Below are positions 7,009 through 13,432 of a stretch of 33,410 nucleotides of DNA, piece after piece. Both the position numbers and the translations under genes were made by a program. Location of the stretch: IMG/VR virus record IMGVR_UViG_3300039008_000017; one strand, 5' to 3'. Numbering within the stretch: the first letter of the stretch is position 1; the number at the start of each line of letters is the position of its first letter. The notes beneath the pieces were generated by a model. It was not told where the DNA came from. It saw only the letters and a program-made list of their open reading frames with translations, and searched no databases. The stretch is from a virus.

Positions 7009-7457
7009 TGACACTCGAACTATGGAACTCGGTCAGCAAGTCTGACCCCAAGTATCTCAAGCCGGTTAGCTTTGGGTCTCGCACCTTCACTGCGATTGAC
7101 CCGATGTATCAGGTGCGCTGCGCCACTGAGGCGTTCGGTCCTGTTGGTGAGGGCTGGGGCTGGCACAACAACACGCGCTTTGTGAACCTGTCCAATGGCG
7201 ACACGGCTGTGATCTGTGACGTGCGCATCTGGCACGGGCACCCAGAGAATATCTTTGGTCCCTTTCCCGGCTGTCGCAAGTTTTTCGATGCCGCCAAGGG
7301 CAGGATGAACGAAGACGCGCCCAAGATGGCAGTCACCGATGGCCTGACCAAAGGTCTGTCGCACCTTGGCTTCAACGCTGATGTGTTCCTTGGTGAGCAT
7401 GACGGCAACAAGTATGTCGAGGATTCCAAGGCAGGTAAGGCCAGCGTGGGCTGGTAA
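7005..7457 (+). CDS. Rad52/Sak-like single-strand annealing protein, 150 aa
   Basis: SD AAGGAGAGG is present. APKMAVTDGLTKGLSHLGFNADVFLG resembles the Rad52/22-family motif (K.A.SDALKRA...GIG..LY). The pairing with a YqaJ exonuclease fits. The family call is tentative. Confidence 0.55.
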   Translation: MMTLELWNSVSKSDPKYLKPVSFGSRTFTAIDPMYQVRCATEAFGPVGEGWGWHNNTRFVNLSNGDTAVICDVRIWHGHPENIFGPFPGCRKFFDAAKGRMNEDAPKMAVTDGLTKGLSHLGFNADVFLGEHDGNKYVEDSKAGKASVGW

Positions 7458-7524
7458 GCGCAGCGCGCTCGCCCGTCGATAGCGGGCGCGCAAGCCTATT
7501 CCCTTTATCAAGATGGAGGCACTG

Positions 7525-7905
7525 ATGTCCGACTATGACAACACGAACCGAGGCGCAGCCTTCCCGCCCTTCGACACGCAGCAGATGATCTTGCAAGGCA
7601 AGCTCAACATCGAAGGTATTGATGACAACATGGTCTTGGTCAAGGACGTAACCAAGTCTGGCAAGACTGTGATCGGTGTGTATCAGCGCATCGGCACTCT
7701 GTTTCAGAACGACAAGAGCGCAGAGAACCAGCCTGACTACACCGGGCCTGTTGAGCTTCGCATGTTCAACGCAGAGAAGCGCCTCGCCGCATGGAAGAAG
7801 ATGAAAGATGGCAGGCCATACCTCACGATGTCAGTCTCCGACAAGCAAGAGCGTCAACAGGAAAGTGCAGACGCTGGGCTTGTGAACGATGACATCCCGT
7901 TCTAA
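7525..7905 (+). CDS. SSB-like protein, 126 aa, with C-terminal acidic tip ...NDDIPF
   Basis: GGAGG lies 5 nt upstream of the ATG at 7525 (the track ATG at 7513 has no SD). The last residues, DDIPF, equal the bacterial SSB tip. The gene follows the exonuclease and annealase genes. Confidence 0.6.
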   Translation: MSDYDNTNRGAAFPPFDTQQMILQGKLNIEGIDDNMVLVKDVTKSGKTVIGVYQRIGTLFQNDKSAENQPDYTGPVELRMFNAEKRLAAWKKMKDGRPYLTMSVSDKQERQQESADAGLVNDDIPF

Positions 7906-7933
7906 CGTCAGGCTACTTCTCTCCTGACTACCT

Positions 7934-7967
7934 GCCCAGCCAGTCCTCCCTCTGGCTGGGCTTTTTT
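7934..7967 (+). terminator. Intrinsic terminator closing the recombination operon
   Basis: Perfect 10-bp stem GCCCAGCCAG / CTGGCTGGGC with an 8-nt loop, followed by TTTTTT. Confidence 0.85.
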
Positions 7968-7978
7968 GTGGAGGAATC

Positions 7979-8212
7979 ATGCGCATAGAAAAGTGGCATG
8001 AGATGAGCAAGCGGCACAAAGAAGAGCGCCGGCTCATCATTGAATACTGCAAAGCACATCAGATGACGCAGAAAGACGCCGCTGCCTTTCTTGGCATCAG
8101 CCTTTCTGGGCTAAACAAATACCTTAAGAACAACGGCATCAAGTGGGACAGGCCAAGGCGCAAGCTCAAGACACCACGTCGAGCCAAGCCGCTTGCACCA
8201 GATGCTTACTGA
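7979..8212 (+). CDS. HTH DNA-binding protein, 77 aa
   Basis: SD GGAGGAA is present. MTQKDAAAFLGISLSGLNKYLKNNG is a classic HTH, followed by a basic tail. It is the first gene after the terminator. Confidence 0.75.
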   Translation: MRIEKWHEMSKRHKEERRLIIEYCKAHQMTQKDAAAFLGISLSGLNKYLKNNGIKWDRPRRKLKTPRRAKPLAPDAY

Positions 8213-8221
8213 AGAAGAGCA

Positions 8222-8347
8222 ATGACCTGCTGCAATCATAATTGCAATCAAGGGCACACTTGCCCGAACCGCATCAAGCGGGCGCTGTGGCCTGCGATTA
8301 AGGAAACGCTGGCACGGCTGGCGAAGGAGAAGGCCGATGACCAGTGA
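8222..8347 (+). CDS. Micro-ORF, 41 aa, Cys-rich (MTCCNHNCNQGHTCPNR...)
   Basis: Not in the ORF track. It fills the 8213-8336 gap, and its stop overlaps the next gene start inside ATGACCAGTGA. The CNQG-x-x-CP motif resembles small phage proteins I recall. Confidence 0.5.
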   Translation: MTCCNHNCNQGHTCPNRIKRALWPAIKETLARLAKEKADDQ

Positions 8348-8600
8348 CACAAAGAACACCGCGCCTGAGCGGATTTGGCTTGACGTAGAATATGCAAGCG
8401 AAGGTTGGACATGGAACGAAAACGATGTGTTTTCAAACGACGTTGCCTACCTCCGCGCCGACATTCACGAACGCCTCGTAGCAGAGGCCGTCGCGGCGGC
8501 GGTCCAGACCGTGCTTGACGATGTGGGTTACACTTTCCCCCAGCTGGGGGAAGATGCCCGCGCCGCCCTACAGGAGAAGACCGATGACAACAAAGATTAG
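8337..8600 (+). CDS. Hypothetical protein, 87 aa; paralog A (MTSD..NTAPERIWL..VAYLRADI)
   Basis: ATG start. It shares N-terminal motifs and nucleotide blocks with the gene at 8786. Confidence 0.75.
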   Translation: MTSDTKNTAPERIWLDVEYASEGWTWNENDVFSNDVAYLRADIHERLVAEAVAAAVQTVLDDVGYTFPQLGEDARAALQEKTDDNKD

Positions 8601-8796
8601 AACCTACAAGCAAGACCGAACCCGCGATTACTTGCGCGATCATCCGCAAGAGCGTTGGCGCTGCGATATATACCCCGATGACGGCAGCGACTACCACGGT
8701 GTAGGCCGCACAGAAGCTGAGGCCCTGCGCAATGCGTTCGCGCATTGGTTTCAGTTTGCCCACAAGATTGATACGAGGCCCACCAATGACCAGTGA
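8584..8796 (+). CDS. Hypothetical protein, 70 aa
   Basis: The ATG at 8584 overlaps the upstream gene end. The stop lies inside the ATGACCAGTGA junction with the next gene. Confidence 0.55.
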   Translation: MTTKIRTYKQDRTRDYLRDHPQERWRCDIYPDDGSDYHGVGRTEAEALRNAFAHWFQFAHKIDTRPTNDQ

Positions 8797-9274
8797 CCAA
8801 GGGGCGAAGCCCCGAGACACACAGAACACCGCGCCTGAAAAGGTCTGGATACTGCGTGACCTGCAAGGTGGTGTCCATGTCTATGACGAAAGCGGTGACG
8901 CACCAGAAGAAACGCGCGATGACGTGGGTTACATCCGCGCAGACGTTGCCGAGGCCATGGTCGCGGCGGCGCTGGAGGAAGCGGCTGAAGTCGCAGCAAA
9001 CGAAGCCGACTACGTTCCAGTGAAACCCGATGACTTTCGCAAAGCCATCCGCGCCCTGATCCCCAACCGCTCGATCCTCGCCAAGCGAGATGCTCAGATG
9101 AGAGCCGAAGGACTACAGGAAGCAGCAGAGTATCTGACAGACACTCTGCCAATGCATCGGGCCTGCGGCAACCATAGCTTTGTGGAAGAACTTGAGGCCA
9201 TAGTTCGGGGCATCCGGGCGGATGCAGACGCTATCCTCGCCCGCGCGGCGGAGATCAAGACAGGAGACGGGTGA
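8786..9274 (+). CDS. Hypothetical protein, 162 aa; paralog B (MTSD..NTAPEKVWI..VGYIRADV)
   Basis: The ATG at 8786 sits in the same 12-nt junction (ATGACCAGTGAC) as 8337. The track ORF start (8732) was trimmed. Confidence 0.75.
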   Translation: MTSDQGAKPRDTQNTAPEKVWILRDLQGGVHVYDESGDAPEETRDDVGYIRADVAEAMVAAALEEAAEVAANEADYVPVKPDDFRKAIRALIPNRSILAKRDAQMRAEGLQEAAEYLTDTLPMHRACGNHSFVEELEAIVRGIRADADAILARAAEIKTGDG

Positions 9275-9483
9275 TGGCTTTCTGTTACCGAGACAAGACG
9301 TTCTGCGAAGCGCTTTGCGCAACGCTGTCATGCCCGCGAAAATTCACCGAGATTGACCGCGCCAAGGCCGAGGCTTGGTGGGCCGACATGCCCGGAGAAC
9401 CGCCTGTGGCGTTCAGCGATTTCAGCGCGATCTGCCCAGACTTTCGTCCAACGCCAGACCAACTGCCGGGGAATGACGGGTGA
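9271..9483 (+). CDS. Hypothetical Cys-rich protein, 70 aa
   Basis: GTGATG overlap with the upstream stop. Contains the cysteine pattern CYRDKTFCEALCATLSCPR. Confidence 0.65.
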   Translation: MMAFCYRDKTFCEALCATLSCPRKFTEIDRAKAEAWWADMPGEPPVAFSDFSAICPDFRPTPDQLPGNDG

Positions 9484-9647
9484 TGCGCCCCGGCAGGTAT
9501 AACCCCGCCCGCTCCTGCATCCCAGCGTGGTGGCGGCTCGGTATCCGGGGCGCAGATGGCGTCTGGCGCATGACGTGGCCGATTGCGCGACGGCTCAGGA
9601 AAGCCGCTAAGAAAAAACCGAAAGTGATGATCGGGGGCAGCAGATGA
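9483..9647 (+). CDS. Micro-ORF, 54 aa, basic and Trp/Arg-rich
   Basis: Not in the ORF track. TGATG overlap upstream and ATGA overlap downstream, so it fills the gap exactly. The composition could also arise from a GC-rich chance ORF. Confidence 0.35.
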   Translation: MRPGRYNPARSCIPAWWRLGIRGADGVWRMTWPIARRLRKAAKKKPKVMIGGSR

Positions 9648-9841
9648 AACTCGTGCGCTATTTCTTTGAACCAAACTACAGCGTCGTGAATGTGTGCATC
9701 CTGATATTCGGAATGACGCTCGCATACGCCGCTCATGACGGCAAAATGTGGATTTTCCTGTTTTTCTTGGCCTTGGGAAATGCCGTCGATCTTGCCGCCA
9801 AGGCAATCATCCAAGCCGCTAAGAAAAGCCCCCGGCGATGA
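9644..9841 (+). CDS. Small membrane protein, 65 aa (two hydrophobic helices); last rightward gene
   Basis: The hydrophobic segments VVNVCILIFGMTLAYAA and MWIFLFFLALGNAV are followed by a basic tail. Confidence 0.65.
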   Translation: MKLVRYFFEPNYSVVNVCILIFGMTLAYAAHDGKMWIFLFFLALGNAVDLAAKAIIQAAKKSPRR

Positions 9842-9851
9842 AGCCGAGGGC
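9822..9851 (-). terminator. Intrinsic terminator of the leftward late operon, embedded in the 3' end of the last rightward gene
   Basis: The minus transcript reads GCCCUCGGC-UUCAUC-GCCGGGGGC-UUUUCUU, a 9-bp stem with one G-U pair. On the + transcript that position is a C-A mismatch, so the structure favours the - strand. Confidence 0.6.
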
Positions 9852-9900
9852 CAGTAAGCGCCGCGCGGACACAGGGCGGTGAAATCAGCAAGACGGCGCT

Positions 9901-10104
9901 CTAGCTGCATACAGCATCGTAAGCAGAAATCAAATCAGCGCCCGTTCTTACCGACGCTTCCCCCGCATCCAAGAGCAGCGCGTCCGCATGACTGTCCACC
10001 AGCAAGGCCAACGCATCACAGGCCCCCGCCTCACTGGTCACCATCACGTCGGGCGCGCAGGTAGTCACGAGCATCATGACTGGAAACATGGCGAGTAGCT
10101 TCAT
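9901..10104 (-). CDS. o-spanin (Rz1-like outer-membrane lipoprotein), 67 aa
   Basis: MKLLAMFPVMMLVTTC looks like a signal peptide plus lipobox Cys. SD GGGAGA is present. The gene starts inside the 3' end of the i-spanin gene in another frame. The Thr at -1 of the lipobox is atypical. Confidence 0.55.
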   Translation of the reverse strand: MKLLAMFPVMMLVTTCAPDVMVTSEAGACDALALLVDSHADALLLDAGEASVRTGADLISAYDAVCS

Positions 10105-10273
10105 CAGCTTTCTCCCTTGCTGCGCGATAAGCATTGGCTTGAGCGCGCTCTATGTCTTGCAGCGCGCTCATGCGCCCATCGGCTTCACCGCACATCCTGC
10201 CCCAAATGTTTCCGACAACAGCGCCGATCACAGCAGCAGCAATCGCAACGAAAGCGGCGATGATCTCAATCAC
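10031..10273 (-). CDS. i-spanin (Rz-like), about 80 aa, with an N-terminal TM and a charged helical C-terminus
   Basis: The GTG at 10273 overlaps the upstream stop (GTGA); the track uses a TTG at 10282. The TM is IIAAFVAIAAAVIGAVVG. The 3' 74 nt overlap the lipoprotein ORF. Confidence 0.55.
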   Translation of the reverse strand: MIEIIAAFVAIAAAVIGAVVGNIWGRMCGEADGRMSALQDIERAQANAYRAAREKADEATRHVSSHDARDYLRARRDGDQ

Positions 10274-10446
10274 GTTGCCCAACCCTTCTTCTTTGCCAGC
10301 CCGTAGCCTGCCTCGGTTGCAGCGCCCACACCAGCAGCGACCATCATCACGATGTCAGGGTCACCAGCAAGCATGTCTCCAACGTGCAGGCCAAGAACAG
10401 CACCCACGCCATAGCGCAGAACAATGCGGATGATCGGAGCAATCAT
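10270..10446 (-). CDS. Small membrane protein, 58 aa, two TM segments; holin candidate
   Basis: The ATG at 10446 overlaps the endolysin stop (ATGA). The track ORF extension to 10563 lies inside the endolysin gene and was trimmed. Confidence 0.6.
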   Translation of the reverse strand: MIAPIIRIVLRYGVGAVLGLHVGDMLAGDPDIVMMVAAGVGAATEAGYGLAKKKGWAT

Positions 10447-10994
10447 GCCGGGCCACCTTTGTTGAGGAACGAGAAGATGCGAGACAGGAGCGCAGCAAGC
10501 CCAGAGGAGCGCTGTGCTGGCCGCTGAGTGGCCTTCCGCTCTTCCTTGGTCTCCACATACCAAGCGCGCCTTACGCCTAGCAGGCGGCTCTTAGGATAGC
10601 GCGCAACGCTGACCTGATCAGATTGGTTGCCGCCAAGAACCTCGATGAACACACCGCTGTCTCTCACAAAGAAAGCAACGTGGCCTTGCCAGCCGTTCGG
10701 GTCGCCTCGTGAGAAGATCACGATGTCACCGGGCTGGGCATTCTCAAGCTCTACCTCTTTTCCCCAGTCAAGGTAGCTGCGCGCATTGAGCTTGCGCGTA
10801 GAAACAAGGCCAGCTCGTTCAAGCATTGCACCGACAAACGCAGCGCACCACGCAGTCTCATCATCCTTGACCCAGCTATGCCCTACGTCAGCAAACATCT
10901 GCACAATCTCATCGTTGTGCATCGGGCCTTTGACCTCGCGCATTCCGACTTCGTCAGAAGCCAGAGCGTAAGCTGTTTTCTGACGAGGGTGCAT
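10443..10994 (-). CDS. Endolysin, NlpC/P60-CHAP type cysteine peptidase (TIGR02594-like), 183 aa
   Basis: Catalytic-looking Cys in ETAWCAAFV and His in WQGHVAFF. The gene is flanked by small TM proteins and spanins. Confidence 0.8.
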   Translation of the reverse strand: MHPRQKTAYALASDEVGMREVKGPMHNDEIVQMFADVGHSWVKDDETAWCAAFVGAMLERAGLVSTRKLNARSYLDWGKEVELENAQPGDIVIFSRGDPNGWQGHVAFFVRDSGVFIEVLGGNQSDQVSVARYPKSRLLGVRRAWYVETKEERKATQRPAQRSSGLAALLSRIFSFLNKGGPA

Positions 10995-11224
10995 CACTGA
11001 CCTACCTTCGCAATCAAGGCTTTGATGTCGTCGCGTATCTCAGCCAGCATCTTGTTCGTGTCTTCGCGCGCTTCCTTCGAGGCTTGGATGTCCTCTTTGC
11101 GCTGGTTCCACAGCCGCTTGATCTCTTTGGTGTTGTCCATTGCCCTTGCCTCAAGACGGACCAGCCACGCCACAAGAGCGATGAAGCCCACCACGACTGG
11201 CCAGAATTGAAGAAGTAGTTCCAC
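10994..11224 (-). CDS. Single-TM protein, 76 aa, with a charged coiled-coil tail; holin or antiholin candidate
   Basis: GTG start. The TM is FWPVVVGFIALVAWLV. The stop overlaps the endolysin ATG (TGATG). Confidence 0.6.
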   Translation of the reverse strand: MELLLQFWPVVVGFIALVAWLVRLEARAMDNTKEIKRLWNQRKEDIQASKEAREDTNKMLAEIRDDIKALIAKVGQ

Positions 11225-11225
11225 G

Positions 11226-11351
11226 TCAAATCTCCATCGGTATCGCTTGCAGTCCCATCGCGGCCACTGCGGCAGGGCCTTTCATGCCGATCACCGCGAG
11301 GTCGCGGGTGTCGTCTAGGTGAGCGGCGGGGGTGGCGATGGTGAGGCGCAT
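11226..11351 (-). CDS. Micro-ORF, 41 aa
   Basis: Not in the ORF track. The ATG at 11351 lies 7 nt after the upstream stop, and the TGA is 1 nt before the next GTG start. This is gap-filling evidence only. Confidence 0.3.
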   Translation of the reverse strand: MRLTIATPAAHLDDTRDLAVIGMKGPAAVAAMGLQAIPMEI

Positions 11352-11357
11352 TGCGCT

Positions 11358-11651
11358 TTAGCCCATGTCAATCGGTGCGACAGCTTCCGCAGCAGCCTTG
11401 GCGGCTTCGTCTTTCTCGTAGCGCACGGTCTGGTCCAGAAGGCCCTGAAGGATGCCCAAGGCAAACGCTTGCGCCGCTTCCTCGGCGGTAGCCTGCCGCT
11501 CGGTGCCATCGTCCTCGGTCACGGTGCCGTAGTGGCTGCCATTAGTGAGGTAAGCAAGGATGCGCTGGCTGTTTGCCTCGGAGACATTTACCGAGGTCGT
11601 GAAGTCCATCGTCGGCCCAACGACGCCAAAGGTCAGGGTTGCGTTACTCAT
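11358..11651 (-). CDS. Hypothetical protein, 97 aa
   Basis: The ATG overlaps the upstream micro-ORF stop. The Ala/Glu-rich C-terminus looks like real coding composition. Confidence 0.7.
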   Translation of the reverse strand: MSNATLTFGVVGPTMDFTTSVNVSEANSQRILAYLTNGSHYGTVTEDDGTERQATAEEAAQAFALGILQGLLDQTVRYEKDEAAKAAAEAVAPIDMG

Positions 11652-11805
11652 CGGTTTCGTCCTCCTTGGGAGCAGTGGCAGCTTCGATCTTGTCGAGCAG
11701 GGCAGCAGCGTCTTTCACAGCGCGAAGGCCGACAGCCTTGACGCCAGCGTCCAGCAGCCCAGCAAGGGCTTGGGTTTCTTGTTCGGTGAGGGTGAGGGTA
11801 ATCAT
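11644..11805 (-). CDS. Micro-ORF, 53 aa (MITLTLTEQETQALAGLLDAGVKAVGLRAV...)
   Basis: Not in the ORF track. GGAG lies 11 nt upstream of the ATG. The stop overlaps the next ATG (GATGAGTAA). The sequence is helical and protein-like. Confidence 0.5.
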   Translation of the reverse strand: MITLTLTEQETQALAGLLDAGVKAVGLRAVKDAAALLDKIEAATAPKEDETDE

Positions 11806-11811
11806 GTTGGG

Positions 11812-12759
11812 TTATGCTCCAATTACGGTCCAGTTGGTGCCGTTATACCAAACGAGGTAGGGGGTAGCGCCTGCGCCTGAGTTTACTACGGTGTTGCCAA
11901 AGGTCAGGCCGCTGTCGCCGTCTGTGACACGGGCGATCATACCCGCCAGCGGTGTGCCGGGTAATGTGGCGACAGTGAGACCTGTCGTGATTTCAACTGA
12001 CCCAACAGTGTCCAATTTCAGCTTGGCATTGTTGCTAGTGCGTAATTCAAGTGGGTCTGAACTTTCGCTGCCCCAATAAGTAAAATTGCTGCCAGTGCCA
12101 AAGCTCGCTTTTGCATTGGAGCCTGTAATCGACACAGCGGAATTTGTTGCAACGCCGGAAATGCTCAGGCCAACATTCGAAAAGTCATAGACGTTTGCAT
12201 TTGAACGTATCTTTACACTGCAAGAATCACTGCCGGTTCCAGCCCCCTCTGTGCCAATATAAAAAGTATTCGCTTCTCGGCTCCAGCCTATAAACCCGCG
12301 CTCGTAGTTCGAGGCGTCGGTGTAGGTGTTGTAGAGGTTGAAGGTCTGGGCGTTGGTGGAGTTGCGCTGGGCTAGGGTGTTGGCTGCGTCACGAGCGAGG
12401 ATGAGGTCTGCCGGTTGGCTCGGAGCATTGTTCCCTCCGCCAGAAAAACCAAAAAAGCCATTAGAGGCAACCGACACAACCTTGGAAAAGGAATTCATTG
12501 CAAGAAGCGGAGTAATTCCAACAAGAAACTGGCCGACAGTGGAAGCATTGAATTTTGCTTCAACGGTAGTTCCACCATCTCCAAATGTAAGATTCCCGTC
12601 CTTAGCAACCTTGAACCGGCTACTCCCACCCACCTGCAAATCCATCAGCAGCGAACCCGCCGCCGACGCAGTATCGGTCACGTCCATCTTGATGGCGGTG
12701 AAAGTGGTGGCACCATCGTTCCAAGTGTCCACCATGTCGTAGATGTTTGCGGTTGCCAT
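11812..12759 (-). CDS. Tail fibre/spike-like structural protein, 315 aa
   Basis: TAATG overlap with the upstream gene. The N-terminal MDVTDTASAAGSLLMDLQVGGSSRFKV motif and the Gly/Ser/Thr/Asn-rich beta-type composition are typical of receptor-binding proteins. Confidence 0.7.
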   Translation of the reverse strand: MATANIYDMVDTWNDGATTFTAIKMDVTDTASAAGSLLMDLQVGGSSRFKVAKDGNLTFGDGGTTVEAKFNASTVGQFLVGITPLLAMNSFSKVVSVASNGFFGFSGGGNNAPSQPADLILARDAANTLAQRNSTNAQTFNLYNTYTDASNYERGFIGWSREANTFYIGTEGAGTGSDSCSVKIRSNANVYDFSNVGLSISGVATNSAVSITGSNAKASFGTGSNFTYWGSESSDPLELRTSNNAKLKLDTVGSVEITTGLTVATLPGTPLAGMIARVTDGDSGLTFGNTVVNSGAGATPYLVWYNGTNWTVIGA

Positions 12760-12950
12760 TATGCGGACTCCCTCAGAATGATGTTGTTGCCTGCGCGGTC
12801 AACGATAGTGTCACCTGCGCGGGTCAGGACGGTTGTTCCGACCGCACCCCCAGCATCATACACCTGCACCGACCCAAGGTAGGCCGTGCTGATAGCCGTA
12901 GAGCCGAGGTAGAGCGCGCCGAGTGCTGTGGTGCCGAGGTTCAGGGCCAT
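12759..12950 (-). CDS. Hypothetical fibre-associated protein, 63 aa (YLGS..V repeats)
   Basis: The ATG lies 2 nt after the upstream TGA, and the stop overlaps the next ATG. Confidence 0.6.
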   Translation of the reverse strand: MALNLGTTALGALYLGSTAISTAYLGSVQVYDAGGAVGTTVLTRAGDTIVDRAGNNIILRESA

Positions 12951-12952
12951 AG

Positions 12953-13282
12953 TCAGTCCGTGATAACGTAGAGCGTGGCAGCGTCAGGGGTGATCGCGTC
13001 ATACTCAGCTTGAGTGAGCGACATGATGTTTGTGATAGCATCCGCACCAGTCACGCCCGTTGTGTCACTCTCGACCATGTTGGCGATGTCAGACGGAGTG
13101 GCATAGTCAGTAGGGTCAAAGGCCTTCACAGCCGCAAGGTTCGTCACCTCGCTGCCCATGAGCGCACCAGCCGCCGTGACATTGGCCGTGTCAGTTACAT
13201 CCGCACCAGCCTCAATGCCGTTGACCTTGGTGATCGCCGCGTCAATCTGATCGCCGGTAAATGAAGATTGATAGTCAGCCAT
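12953..13282 (-). CDS. Short tail-fibre-like protein, 109 aa
   Basis: The C-terminal LTQAEYDAITPDAATLYVITD and the GADVTDTANV motif resemble N- and C-terminal modules of phage fibre proteins. Confidence 0.7.
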   Translation of the reverse strand: MADYQSSFTGDQIDAAITKVNGIEAGADVTDTANVTAAGALMGSEVTNLAAVKAFDPTDYATPSDIANMVESDTTGVTGADAITNIMSLTQAEYDAITPDAATLYVITD

Positions 13283-13285
13283 CGG

Positions 13286-13432
13286 TTACTCCCTGACCTT
13301 GAATGTGTCGCCGTTGGCGTCGATTAAGCTGTCATCATCCCCAGCGAGAATGAACAGCACATAGACTAGCGCGCGGAGACGCTGGCCAAACGGAGAAGGA
13401 AAGCCGCTGAGAGGAGAGACGATCTCACGCAT
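13286..13432 (-). CDS. Micro-ORF, 48 aa
   Basis: Not in the ORF track. The ATG overlaps the upstream stop (ATGCGTGA), and the TAA lies 3 nt before the next ATG. Confidence 0.4.
   Translation of the reverse strand: MREIVSPLSGFPSPFGQRLRALVYVLFILAGDDDSLIDANGDTFKVRE

Noticed and set aside
7464-7491. GC-rich hairpin (CGCCCG-N7-CGGGCG with flanking GCGC pairs) after the annealase gene, considered as a terminator.
   Set aside because: No U-tract follows, and the SSB-like gene starts 34 nt downstream with its own SD. It is more likely an intra-operon stabiliser or pause site, with too little evidence to call.
9285-9910. Minus-strand ORFs of 173 and 162 aa opposite the last early genes.
   Set aside because: The + strand genes show start-stop coupling and protein-like sequences, including a clear two-TM protein. 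The - strand translations are Arg/Pro/Ser-rich, and they would begin downstream of the late-operon terminator.
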